Made by a program: the position numbers and the translations under genes. The notes beneath the pieces are model-generated. The model saw only the letters and a list, made by a program, of their open reading frames with translations. It had not been told where the DNA came from and did not search any database. A stretch of 48,526 nt of DNA, taken from the NCBI GenBank assembly GCA_903922175.1, contig CAIXSY010000429.1, forward strand, positions 1-48,526, in the 5' to 3' direction. The stretch is from an uncultured delta proteobacterium (GTDB taxonomy: Bacteria > Bdellovibrionota_C > UBA2361 > CAIXSY01). This document shows positions 1 to 9,154 of this stretch, in pieces; position 1 is the stretch's first letter, and the number at the start of each line of letters is the position of its first letter.

Positions 1-15
1 ACCCTAAATCTCTCC

Positions 16-378
16 GTGCGTCCCCGTCCATCATTTACCGTGTCGCCTCACATTACCTCCAACTGCGTAGGAACTGCACTGTTCTTGGTAGGAGAAGCAA
101 ACACAGATTCTACTATCAATGTTTTTACAGCTTGGGGAGAGCATTTTACTAATCGACATCGGAAGTTTGGTGCCGAACCTTATAAGGGCGCCCTAGCGGT
201 GTGGGGATATGAGTATGGACAAGGAAAAAGAAATCTTCAACTTATGGTATGGCATGTGGCCCTCAAAACGAACGTTTCTGTACGAGAGCCCATCAGGCCT
301 CTGAGAATAGCACATCGACCAGACCACGCGGCTCTTTTTGAAGAGGAGCATTTCTCTGATGTGGATAAGGAAACATGA
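16..378 (+). CDS. Hypothetical protein, probably the 3' end of a gene starting before the window
   Basis: ORF at the window edge with a GTG start and no recognisable motif. Confidence 0.35.
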   Translation: MRPRPSFTVSPHITSNCVGTALFLVGEANTDSTINVFTAWGEHFTNRHRKFGAEPYKGALAVWGYEYGQGKRNLQLMVWHVALKTNVSVREPIRPLRIAHRPDHAALFEEEHFSDVDKET

Positions 379-542
379 AAATCATTTTCTGAAAGTTAAG
401 AATAGCGAAGGGGGACCTTGCGTTGTCAAAAAGAGAATTTCCAGCGCGAAAGGATCTTGAACTTCGATTTTACCTGCCGAAACGACTTGTTCCGGAATTG
501 CGAGCCGGTCAATTGCGCTAAGTAGTGCAGATAAAAAACTAT

Positions 543-575
543 GAACCTCCGATAATCTTTACTTTTCGAATTTTA
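543..575 (+). other. Putative lox-like recombination site A (degenerate right arm)
   Basis: GAACCTCCGATAA-tctttac-TTTTCGAATTTTA; same left arm and 7-bp spacer as sites B, C and D. Confidence 0.5.
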
Positions 576-1577
576 ATTATGAGGATCCCCGTCAAATTTG
601 GGGAGCACACCTCCACGGAGATCTTTAACATGAAAGATACGACGGATTGTTAAGAGCTTCATATCCCCCTCTTGCCCACTGAGCCTAGCGAAGGTAATGG
701 TTCCCGAGCGAGAAGTAATTGGCTTAAAGTGTGGACTATTCGCCCCGAACGCATCTACCATAAACTTTTTCCAAGCATTGATGCCGATCTTTACAGCTAG
801 CGTACGAAGAATCAGCTCGGAAGATGCCTCTAAGGTCACAATATCAGCAGGATGTTTCCCGTCCGATGAATGGACTCCAAGGACCGCCGTCGAAGCAAGA
901 TCGCAATCTAAGAGGTCTCCATTCTGCTTAAGGGAAAACTCGTTTATTCGACGGATAGAAAAAAACTTTTCCTGACCGATTTCGTAGGTATTCGCAAATA
1001 GTCGAAGAACGGCTGGGTAGTTATTGAGTACGTCGGATTTATGAAGTCCATCCAGAAGTTGAAAGCTCGCAAGTAGATCACTATCTACATTTTTACGAGC
1101 GCATGCGATTTGAAGATCGTCTAATATAAATAGAATCGTAATGCGCCTTTGAAGATCGGAGTTAAGAAGTTCATGGAGGCGCCCTACTATCGCTGTGGCT
1201 AACGGCGCAAAAATGAACGAAGTATTTTTAACTTTATCCCTGAATGCTTGCTCAAGATTTTGAACTTCATAGAAAGTTTCCAAAGATTGCCAGAGATCCA
1301 CGATGGCTTGACTCCGCTCAAGAGGAGAGCTTTTGGGATCGAGAAATGGGTCTCGTGCCTGATGAAACCACTTTTCTTGGAAAGGCCTTTGAGTGGGAGC
1401 AAAATCAACTAGTTCTATTGCTCCTGACATGGGCAAGTAGATCTGATGCTTTGCAAACTTGGAGGCAATGTATTGCGAAAGCTGTAAGCGCTGCCTAACA
1501 CGGTGTTGGGACTCGCATTTTCGCGCAATGCAAAGAAGATTTGCTGGGCCGTTATCTAGGAGCAGGCGTCTAGGCAT
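573..1577 (-). CDS. Hypothetical protein (334 aa)
   Basis: Long ORF with no recognised family; its TAA stop (573-575) lies in the arm of site A. Confidence 0.7.
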   Translation of the reverse strand: MPRRLLLDNGPANLLCIARKCESQHRVRQRLQLSQYIASKFAKHQIYLPMSGAIELVDFAPTQRPFQEKWFHQARDPFLDPKSSPLERSQAIVDLWQSLETFYEVQNLEQAFRDKVKNTSFIFAPLATAIVGRLHELLNSDLQRRITILFILDDLQIACARKNVDSDLLASFQLLDGLHKSDVLNNYPAVLRLFANTYEIGQEKFFSIRRINEFSLKQNGDLLDCDLASTAVLGVHSSDGKHPADIVTLEASSELILRTLAVKIGINAWKKFMVDAFGANSPHFKPITSRSGTITFARLSGQEGDMKLLTIRRIFHVKDLRGGVLPKFDGDPHN

Positions 1578-1660
1578 CCACTGTTTATATCAATTTCAGC
1601 TCGCTCGTCTCAACTTTAGGATTTTGGGTTCCTCACCAGAATGAATGGGTGATTTTCGTG

Positions 1661-1685
1661 ATCGTGATCGTGGTCGCGGTCGTGG
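1661..1685. repeat. Left arm of a 25-bp perfect inverted repeat made of RTCGYG hexamers (partner at 5424-5448)
   Basis: ATCGTGATCGTGGTCGCGGTCGTGG is the exact reverse complement of 5424-5448. Confidence 0.8.
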
Positions 1686-1868
1686 TCGAGTGGTCTCAGC
1701 GCAAGCAAAGGGCAGTCAGCATAGCAACTATTCCCTCTATGCCACAAACTCTATGCTTACCTTGTAGACATCAAGTTTCTGTGTCCTTTCGGCAAGCCTG
1801 CATGAATCCCGTTGAGCGCCTCTGGTAAGCTGTCTGCGTAAAGCGCGACAACATAACCAGGAGGATAA

Positions 1869-2285
1869 ATGAGGAAAGGGAAAATCGATAAGATTGGGGA
1901 AGAAGTAGAGCCAGCAGTAATCAGGCTAAGACAACGCATAGAGCGCTGGCGAGTGAAGCGAAAGATCGGGAAACGGATGCCGGAGAGGCTGTGGCTGGCG
2001 GCGCTTGAGGTAGCACGATGGCAGGGCCTCGCCCCGACGGCGCGGTTGCTAAAGCTCGACTATTATACCCTCAAGCGGCGGCTTGAGGGAGACACTTTAG
2101 CAAAATCTGCTTTTATAGAACTTGGACCGGTGGGCAACCTAGCCACCAACCCTGCCGCTGGTCCAGCCGAGTGGAGCATCGAGGTAGAAGAGCGGCGTGG
2201 GCGAAAGATACGAGTGCAGTACAAAGGCCCGCTGGCGCCTGATCTTGGATTGCTGGGGAGCAGTCTTTGGAGGGCAGGTAAATGA
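1869..2285 (+). CDS. tnpA: IS66 accessory protein TnpA (HTH-like)
   Basis: First ORF in the IS, GGAGG RBS, ATGA overlap with tnpB, PERLW..A..AR..G....AR.LKL.Y..LK pattern. Confidence 0.8.
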   Translation: MRKGKIDKIGEEVEPAVIRLRQRIERWRVKRKIGKRMPERLWLAALEVARWQGLAPTARLLKLDYYTLKRRLEGDTLAKSAFIELGPVGNLATNPAAGPAEWSIEVEERRGRKIRVQYKGPLAPDLGLLGSSLWRAGK

Positions 2286-2644
2286 TCCAGGTAACACCAC
2301 AGATGCGGGTATTGGTAGCAAGCGCAGCGGTGGACTTTCGCAAAGGCATCGACGGACTGGTGCAGGTATGCCGGGCGGAGCTTGGGGCGGAACCATTTAG
2401 CGGGGCGCTGTTTGTGTTTCGGAGCCGAAGCGGTAAATGCATCAAGATTCTGGTGTACGACGGGCAGGGTTTTTGGCTGTGCCAAAAACGATTATCGAGG
2501 GGGCAGTTTCGGTACTGGCCATCCCCCAACGCTGGAGAGTCTGCCAGGGTGTTGGCGGCACATGAGCTGCAAGTGCTTCTGGCGGGCGGCGATCCCGGGG
2601 CAGCGCCTGGAGCGGAGCAGTGGCGCGCGCTGCATAATTCGTAA
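2282..2644 (+). CDS. tnpB: IS66 accessory protein TnpB
   Basis: VDFRKGIDGL, LFVFR, KILVYDGQGFWLCQKRL..G.F.W motifs. Confidence 0.95.
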   Translation: MIQVTPQMRVLVASAAVDFRKGIDGLVQVCRAELGAEPFSGALFVFRSRSGKCIKILVYDGQGFWLCQKRLSRGQFRYWPSPNAGESARVLAAHELQVLLAGGDPGAAPGAEQWRALHNS

Positions 2645-2682
2645 AAAACAGCAAAAAGAATGGCACATAGGCGCAAAAGGAC

Positions 2683-2711
2683 TTGCGTTCCGGGCGAAAT
2701 CCTGTTACTTT
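2683..2711 (+). promoter_or_regulatory. Putative sigma70 promoter for the DUF4338 gene and tnpC
   Basis: TTGCGT-17 bp-TACTTT with extended -10 TG; ATG follows 6 bp later. Confidence 0.4.
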
Positions 2712-2717
2712 TTTGGC

Positions 2718-3608
2718 ATGACGGAACTTCTGCGCTATCGCGGACGAAACATAACCGAGAACGAAGCTGCCTTTATCCGGAAGTTGATAGCGGATAACCC
2801 AACACTTAGCCGTCGCGCCCTATCAGCCAAACTGTGCGAAGCCTGGAACTGGCGGCAGGCTAATGGGGCGCTGCGCGACATGGTATGCCGTGGGCTTATG
2901 CTCGTGCTACACCGTGCTGGACATATAGAGCTACCGCCTGTACGCCAGGTAAATCCAAACCCGCTGGCGCGTAGCGCCGCTGCGCGCCGTGCACAGACGC
3001 TCGTAACGATAGACACGCCAGCGTTAAGCGGCAGCCTAGCGGAGCAGCAGCCGCTCTCTATTGTCCAAGTACGGCGCACTGAAAGCGAGGCGCTCTTTGA
3101 TAGCCTTATTGAGCAGTACCACTATCTTGGCTACGTGCAGCCGGTGGGAGAGCACCTAAAATACCTGGTCTATGACCGTTTGGGGCGAGTACTTGCATGC
3201 CTGGCCTGGTCTTCGGCGCCGCGCCACCTTGGAGCGCGAGACCGACACATTGGCTGGGACGCCGCTGCACGACTACGCAATATTCGGTTTATAGCCTACA
3301 ACACTCGCTTTCTTATCTTGCCACACGTACAGGTGCCGCACCTCGCAAGCCATATCCTTGGTCTTCTGGCGCGCCGGATTAGCGCTGACTGGGAGTTTTT
3401 GTATGGGCACGCGCTGTATTTCCTTGAGACTTTCGTCGACCCGCAGCGTTTTAAGGGTACGTGCTACCGGGCGGCTAACTGGGCTGTGCTTGGACTAACC
3501 ACCGGGCGCGGTAAGGCTGACCAAACTAAGAAACAAAACCGCCCGATTAAAGAGATTTTGGGGTATGCGCTGCGGCGCGATTTTAGGGAGCGCCTCATTG
3601 CGGCATGA
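2718..3608 (+). CDS. DUF4338 / Druantia DruA-like domain protein (IS passenger)
   Basis: YHYLGY..PVGEHLKYLV, RD.HIGW, NTRFLILP, ETFVDP.RF.GTCYRAANW..LG.T.GRGK motifs; start placed at the ATG of MTELLRYRGR. Confidence 0.85.
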   Translation: MTELLRYRGRNITENEAAFIRKLIADNPTLSRRALSAKLCEAWNWRQANGALRDMVCRGLMLVLHRAGHIELPPVRQVNPNPLARSAAARRAQTLVTIDTPALSGSLAEQQPLSIVQVRRTESEALFDSLIEQYHYLGYVQPVGEHLKYLVYDRLGRVLACLAWSSAPRHLGARDRHIGWDAAARLRNIRFIAYNTRFLILPHVQVPHLASHILGLLARRISADWEFLYGHALYFLETFVDPQRFKGTCYRAANWAVLGLTTGRGKADQTKKQNRPIKEILGYALRRDFRERLIAA

Positions 3609-5275
3609 TGAAAAAGACTGAGCGCGTAGAGATCGACATTCACGAGATTGAGGCGATCCTGGATCGTACCAAGACAGGATCTTTGGGAGACGAGGATTTC
3701 GCCAAGCTCAAAGCGGCGCTAGAAACATTAGCATACCTGACAGATCTGGTAGAGGATCGCCAGACGACGATGGCGCGGCTGCGCCAGATGCTGTTTGGTG
3801 CCAGCACGGAGAGCCTGAGTAACGTACTAAAAACGCTGCACACACAGACAGCAGCAGGCAGTGGCACTGAGAACAGCGCGAGTGATAATAAAGCCGCAAC
3901 CACGGAGCCTAGCGCCAAAGGGCATGGCCGAAATGGGGCAAGTGAATATAGTGCCGCCAAAAAGATAAAAATTCCTCTTGATTCGCTCAAGGCTGGGCAA
4001 CGCTGCCCAGGCTGCCTTAAAGGCAAGCTTTACGACTCCGTGGCGCCAGGACTGTTAGTGCGGGTGACGGGACAAGCACCGCTTGCTGCAACCGTATATG
4101 AGCTACAAAAACTGCGCTGCAATCTGTGCGGCGAGGTTTTTACTGCCGAGCCGCCTGCCGGCATCGGCACAGAGAAGTACGATGCAGCAGCTGGTGCGAT
4201 GATCGCCATGTTGAAGTACGGCAATGGAATGCCCTTTAACCGCCTGGCCCAGCTGCAAGAGAACATGGGGCTGCCGCTACCGGCAGCCACGCAGTGGGAG
4301 ATAGTTGAGGCAGCAGCCGCCCTAGCAGAGCCGGCACACATAGAACTGGTTCGGCAGGCAGCCCAGGGAGAAGTGCTGCATAACGATGACACCGGCGCTA
4401 AAATACTTGAAATGATGAGCGACAATAACGCGGTGACGAAGCAAGAAGAAGACGAGGAGTCACGAGGCATAGAAGACCCTGAACGGAAAGGTATGTTCAC
4501 CTCCGGCATCGTGGCCGTGACGGGCGAGCATAAGATTGCGCTGTTTTACACCGGGCGTAAGCATGCCGGGGAGAACTTACGGGAACTACTTAAGAGGCGT
4601 TCAGCAAACTTGGCGCCGCCAATTCAGATGTGCGACGCACTGTCGCGCAACATGCCCAAGGAACTCAAAACCATCGTCGCTAATTGCGCAAGTCACGCCA
4701 GGCGTAAGTTTGTCGATGTTGCACTCGACTTCCCCGAGGAGTGCCTACATGTGCTGAAGGTATTTCGGGAGGTGTACGCCGTCGATGCTGCGGCTAAGGA
4801 GCAGAGACTCTCTGCGACTGATAGGCTGGCGAGCCACCAAGCTGAAAGTGCTCCGCGCATGACTGGTCTTCACGACTGGATGAAAGAGCAGATAGCTGCC
4901 AAGAAAGTCGAACCCAACTCAGGTCTTGGGCAGGCAATCGGCTATATGCGCAAGCACTGGGAGAAGCTTACCCTATTTCTACGTGTCCCTGGTGCCCCAC
5001 TCGACAACAACCTGTGTGAGCGCGCCCTCAAAAAGGCAATCCTACATCGTAAAAATGCCTTGTTCTATAAGACGTTACATGGCGCCGTAGTCGGGGACTT
5101 GTTCATGAGCCTCATTCATACCTGTCAACTCTGCGGCGCCAACCCCTTCGATTATCTCGTAGCGTTGCAAAAACACCACAGTGAGCTCGCTGCCACTCCA
5201 TCAGACTGGATGCCATGGAATTATTGCCCTACCATGGATGGCTTGGCACCACTGGCTCCAGCTGCGCAACCTTGA
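3605..5275 (+). CDS. tnpC: IS66 DDE transposase TnpC
   Basis: N-terminal coiled coil ending LFG.STE, CPGC/C..C zinc finger, HNDDT, MCDA, C.SHARRKF, DNNLCERALK. Confidence 0.95.
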   Translation: MMKKTERVEIDIHEIEAILDRTKTGSLGDEDFAKLKAALETLAYLTDLVEDRQTTMARLRQMLFGASTESLSNVLKTLHTQTAAGSGTENSASDNKAATTEPSAKGHGRNGASEYSAAKKIKIPLDSLKAGQRCPGCLKGKLYDSVAPGLLVRVTGQAPLAATVYELQKLRCNLCGEVFTAEPPAGIGTEKYDAAAGAMIAMLKYGNGMPFNRLAQLQENMGLPLPAATQWEIVEAAAALAEPAHIELVRQAAQGEVLHNDDTGAKILEMMSDNNAVTKQEEDEESRGIEDPERKGMFTSGIVAVTGEHKIALFYTGRKHAGENLRELLKRRSANLAPPIQMCDALSRNMPKELKTIVANCASHARRKFVDVALDFPEECLHVLKVFREVYAVDAAAKEQRLSATDRLASHQAESAPRMTGLHDWMKEQIAAKKVEPNSGLGQAIGYMRKHWEKLTLFLRVPGAPLDNNLCERALKKAILHRKNALFYKTLHGAVVGDLFMSLIHTCQLCGANPFDYLVALQKHHSELAATPSDWMPWNYCPTMDGLAPLAPAAQP

Positions 5276-5423
5276 GCCGGGGGATGCCTCCCTACGCTGC
5301 TTACCCGAGATTCGTGCGCATCATGAAAAGAAATTTCGGCTTTTGCAGGCTTGCCGAAAGGACACAAGTTTCTCATGCGCGAACATGTAATATATTCGGA
5401 CTATTCAGCGCAAAGTTTCCTGT

Positions 5424-5448
5424 CCACGACCGCGACCACGATCACGAT
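5424..5448. repeat. Right arm of the 25-bp inverted repeat (partner at 1661-1685)
   Basis: CCACGACCGCGACCACGATCACGAT. Confidence 0.8.
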
Positions 5449-5623
5449 TTGAAAAAAGAGCCTTTCGATTCCCTCGATAAACTTAACTATATCAAATAAT
5501 TAGTCTATCGTTAGTATTGTTCTCTACCCACACTTATTGGTGAGGAACCGGATTTTGAGTGACTGGAGCACCTCGGATTGACTGATGACTTGACACTTTA
5601 TCATCAATTCGCCATCAAATTCA

Positions 5624-5656
5624 TAACTTCCGATAATAGATCGTTATCGGATGTTA
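5624..5656 (+). other. Putative lox-like recombination site B, upstream of the recombinase
   Basis: TAACTTCCGATAA-tagatcg-TTATCGGATGTTA; arms are 12/13 inverted matches; the left end ATAACTTC equals the start of loxP. Confidence 0.75.
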
Positions 5657-5741
5657 GGGGACCTTACCTGTTGAATTAGCTATATTTAGTTGAATCTTCA
5701 TATGGTCTTCAAGCATCCAATAGTATATAAAGAAGGAAGGT

Positions 5742-6707
5742 ATGAAGAACTCCCCTGCCCTGCATAACCCTACAACATCGCTAGATCCGGAAATCCGGGA
5801 GCTCCACCAATTTGCTGCGCTCGCTGATTCGCGAAATACTCAGCGAGCTTACTTAGCTGACTGGAAGCATTTTCTGTCATGGTCTAAGAAACGAAATAAA
5901 TCACCACTTCCTGCAGACCCGGATGATATCGCCATGTACCTACGTTATTGCGCTGAAAAACTAAAACTCAACGTATCAACCGTAAGACGGCGTGTTGCAT
6001 CGATTGCCGAAGCTCACAAGAGAAATGGACATGCATCGCCTTGCGCAGAGTGGGTCGTCAGAAACACGATGAGAAGGTTAAGACGCGAGCTTGGAGTCCC
6101 AGCGCGTGGGAAGAGTCCCATTCTTGTGAGTGATCTAAAGGCTATGATAGCAAACTGTCCCCCTTCCCTTGGCGGGCTTCGTGACAAAGCCGTGCTTCTT
6201 ATAGGCTTTGCCGGAGCATTTAGAAGGAGTGAGCTCGTAGCACTAAATATCGATGATCTTACTATCTCCGATGAAGGATTAGTTATTTTAATACGCGAAG
6301 GTAAAACTGATCAAAAAAGGGAAGGACGTAAAGTTGCTATTCCCTTTGGAAAGAGTCCCCTCACCTGCCCCGTAAAGGCATTAATTGATTGGCTTGAAGC
6401 CGCACGTATTACCACTGGTCCGGTGTTTCGGGCTGTTACGAAATTCGAGAAACCGCGCACAACTCGATTGTCCGACAGAGTTGTTGCCGAGATTGTCAAA
6501 AAATATTGTGGTTTGGTTGGAAAACGGGTTGCGCGCTTTTCGGGCCACTCGCTAAGGGCCGGACTCGCCACTTCAGCGGCTATTGCAGGAGCCTCTGAAG
6601 CGTCAATACAGAAACAAACTGGGCACAAGAGCCTGCTTGTTCTTAGGAGATACATCAGGGATGCATCATTTTTTCGAGAAAATGCGGCTAGCAAGCTCGG
6701 GTTATGA
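5742..6707 (+). CDS. Cre-like site-specific tyrosine recombinase
   Basis: N-terminal SAM-like NT.RAY..DW..F; catalytic R (GAFRRSEL), K (GKTDQ), HxxR (GHSLRAG), H (TGHKS), Y (RRYIR); AGAAGGAAGG RBS. Confidence 0.93.
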   Translation: MKNSPALHNPTTSLDPEIRELHQFAALADSRNTQRAYLADWKHFLSWSKKRNKSPLPADPDDIAMYLRYCAEKLKLNVSTVRRRVASIAEAHKRNGHASPCAEWVVRNTMRRLRRELGVPARGKSPILVSDLKAMIANCPPSLGGLRDKAVLLIGFAGAFRRSELVALNIDDLTISDEGLVILIREGKTDQKREGRKVAIPFGKSPLTCPVKALIDWLEAARITTGPVFRAVTKFEKPRTTRLSDRVVAEIVKKYCGLVGKRVARFSGHSLRAGLATSAAIAGASEASIQKQTGHKSLLVLRRYIRDASFFRENAASKLGL

Positions 6708-6731
6708 CGAAACAAAAGCGAACTCCTCAAA

Positions 6732-7763
6732 ATGCCCAAAGTTAAAGTTCCAGTATCCACAAATAGTGCCGCTAGTATCTTCAAGACTCGTAAAGCATTT
6801 GCATTAGCTCCACGCCGAGAATGCCATGTAAATCGCTGCCCAAACTCTCCGATACGCAGTCATTCAATCAGTAAAAATCATCTTTCTCTTATAGAGACGG
6901 ACGGACATTTGTTTACTCTATCTGAAAGAGAACTTTTTGATGGCACTTTTATCGAGTATTCCAACGCCACAGTAGTTAAAAAAGTTGGGATAGGCGACGC
7001 GACTACATTCGATGGGTTTTGTTCAAACCATGATAACGATCTCTACCAATCAATCGATAAAATTCAATTTGATCTAACACCCAATAATCTGTTGCTGTAT
7101 GCACATAGGAACTTTGCTCGCCAAGTTTCTGAACATTCCAGTCGGGTAGATCAACTTAAGCATTTCTTCTCTATCCATCCCCCTCCCCCGGAGCCTTTGA
7201 GATCTGCGGCTCTGCGACCATTGAAAGTTATGGAATTGAACCTCGATTATATTCGACGTGGTTTTCGAGAGCTTTCCCATACAATAAACACCAGTAAACA
7301 GCAACGTTTTACTCACCTAGTACTCGAAACGAATGCTCGGATTGGATTCGCAATTTCTACGATTCTTTTTCCGACATATTCAATCTTCGGAGATTCATAC
7401 GGTCGAGATGTAAATGGATGGCCAGTAAGTCTCACAATTCTTCCCGATGCCAATCGATCTCTCATACTCTTAACATCTAGGAATCATAATTATCTTGCAT
7501 CAGTAGCTTTCTTGAATTCGATTGAAACCGCTTTCAAGTCAGCCCATAAAAACATCACATCATCCTGCATAGCCGTCGCTGCTATTGAAGGTTGCCCGGT
7601 TTTTTCGCAAAAGTGGTGGGATTGTTTAACGTTAGATCAACAAGAGTTCTTCTTTAAATGTTCTCAGTTCTCCGACCATGAGAATACAGATCCTTCTGTT
7701 TTATCGTCGGCAAAACATATTATTTTGGATTCTACCCCTATAATCAGTTGTTCCCGTCTGTAG
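6732..7763 (+). CDS. Hypothetical protein with an N-terminal Cys/His (HNH-like zinc) motif
   Basis: C....C....I.SHSIS and F.GFC..HDN.LY..ID patterns; starts 24 bp after the recombinase. Confidence 0.65.
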   Translation: MPKVKVPVSTNSAASIFKTRKAFALAPRRECHVNRCPNSPIRSHSISKNHLSLIETDGHLFTLSERELFDGTFIEYSNATVVKKVGIGDATTFDGFCSNHDNDLYQSIDKIQFDLTPNNLLLYAHRNFARQVSEHSSRVDQLKHFFSIHPPPPEPLRSAALRPLKVMELNLDYIRRGFRELSHTINTSKQQRFTHLVLETNARIGFAISTILFPTYSIFGDSYGRDVNGWPVSLTILPDANRSLILLTSRNHNYLASVAFLNSIETAFKSAHKNITSSCIAVAAIEGCPVFSQKWWDCLTLDQQEFFFKCSQFSDHENTDPSVLSSAKHIILDSTPIISCSRL

Positions 7764-7819
7764 AATCTATCCATTCGACGTCTCAGACATATTGGAGTTT
7801 AATCTTGGAAGAGCATAGC

Positions 7820-7852
7820 TTCCTTCCGATAAGTTTTCCTTATCAGATCGAA
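7820..7852 (+). other. Putative lox-like recombination site C
   Basis: TTCCTTCCGATAA-gttttcc-TTATCAGATCGAA, intergenic. Confidence 0.65.
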
Positions 7853-7975
7853 TCAGAATTAGTTGCTTGAACCGGCGTACTTAAAATGATTTGTTATCTC
7901 GCCCTATTCTCCATTTGCGTTTTAATCATAGTCACTTCACTCATATCTAGTGATGATACGGTAGCGGGATTCATC

Positions 7976-9064
7976 TCAACAATTGACTTTGCCCCACTGC
8001 ACAAATAAATCTGCATGGTGAATGACACACCCTGCGCCTTCCATTATTTTAGGATCAGGACTGCAGTTTTCAGTACTAATCCCAGTAAGAAGGTTCTTCC
8101 AAACTTCCACACACCCTAAGTATTCCTTTTGAGAAGGAATTGCTTGGCCGATGGAACATCCAAACCTTGCTTTTTGAGAAATACTGTAATGTAGATACAT
8201 CTCCTTACATACAAGCTCAAAAGACCGCGGAGCCAAGTTTTTATAGTTCTCCTCGTATAATTGATGCAACGATCGACACGTCTCTACGTCGATGTTGATA
8301 AGGGGCTGTTCCTCTGGGTCGAGAGATCCTCCGTAAATATGCTCAGCGGGACCTGCATGCTTTAGTTCTTTGTGAAGCACTCTGTTTACAAAGATGCTTG
8401 AATCGTTTTTCTTTTGAATTTTCGCGATTAGGAGCCACAAAGAAATCGGTGAGGTGACAAAGCCAGCATAATACAAACGAGGAATGCCTCTTTCGCAAAT
8501 GAACTCAAGAAGGTTTAGCCTCATCTCGTTGAATTTGCGATGGAAGGAAATCGCGGACTCGAGATCTTTGGGACTTGGCTTGTTAATGGAATACCCACTA
8601 GGGAACGGATTTGGATGGTTGTGCAGTATCAAAACCGTATCATAAGCTATGCGGCGAACCTGTTCATGCAAATCTTGATCAGTCAGCGCCAAATAAACTG
8701 AATTTGCATCAGCACCTTTGTTCCACCATATTCTTCGAGATATATGATTTTTAACAAAGACTATTACAATCCATTCATGTTTCTTGTATTTGAGCAGTCC
8801 TGCAACTTTCGCAGGAGTAATTCGATAGTCCAATTGGCAGTCAACAAACTCTCCAACCGCCGCCATGGCAGCCTTGTAGGAAGGATCTGCGTAAATAGTG
8901 GTGGTCTGAAAGGAGTATTCCGACAAATGGATGTTCCTCTGTCGCTTCTTAGCTAGAGCAACGATCTGGTCATTAGTTAAAGGATGACGGTGCCGGTAGA
9001 TATCTATAGAATATAAAAGTGCCGCTAACCCTAATCCAGCTCCGATTACAATCACCAACGCCAT
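7976..9064 (-). CDS. Membrane-anchored protein with a JAB/RadC-like metal motif
   Basis: N-terminal hydrophobic helix; EW.V.F upstream of ILHNHPN......PS..D (JAMM-like). Confidence 0.6.
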   Translation of the reverse strand: MALVIVIGAGLGLAALLYSIDIYRHRHPLTNDQIVALAKKRQRNIHLSEYSFQTTTIYADPSYKAAMAAVGEFVDCQLDYRITPAKVAGLLKYKKHEWIVIVFVKNHISRRIWWNKGADANSVYLALTDQDLHEQVRRIAYDTVLILHNHPNPFPSGYSINKPSPKDLESAISFHRKFNEMRLNLLEFICERGIPRLYYAGFVTSPISLWLLIAKIQKKNDSSIFVNRVLHKELKHAGPAEHIYGGSLDPEEQPLINIDVETCRSLHQLYEENYKNLAPRSFELVCKEMYLHYSISQKARFGCSIGQAIPSQKEYLGCVEVWKNLLTGISTENCSPDPKIMEGAGCVIHHADLFVQWGKVNC

Positions 9065-9154
9065 GTTTACCTAGAATTACAACTTGGGTTCTTGAGGGGT
9101 AACACATCAATGTGTTTGCTCACGTCACTAGTACAAACTGCAAAATCTTTGGCA

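Larger units (their letters stand above)
1781..5365 (+). mobile_element. IS66-family insertion sequence (3585 bp) with a passenger gene
   Basis: 22-bp perfect TIRs GTGTCCTTTCGGCAAGCCTGCA (1781-1802 and 5344-5365); 8-bp direct repeat AAGTTTCT (1773-1780 and 5366-5373); tnpA-tnpB-(DUF4338)-tnpC gene order. Confidence 0.95.

Noticed and set aside
2382-2717. N-terminal extension of the 408-aa ORF
   Set aside because: It overlaps tnpB in another frame; recognisable sequence begins at ATG 2718.
2718-3608. Complete Druantia system
   Set aside because: Only a DruA-like gene inside an IS is present; there is no DruE helicase or other Dru gene.
5468-5500. Additional lox-like site CTCGATAA-acttaac-TATATCAAA
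   Set aside because: Both arms match poorly; at most an accessory half site.
5742-6707. Integron integrase IntI or chromosomal XerC/D
   Set aside because: The motifs (GAFRRSEL, KTDQ, SGHSLRAG) are Cre-like and no IntI-specific insertion is evident.
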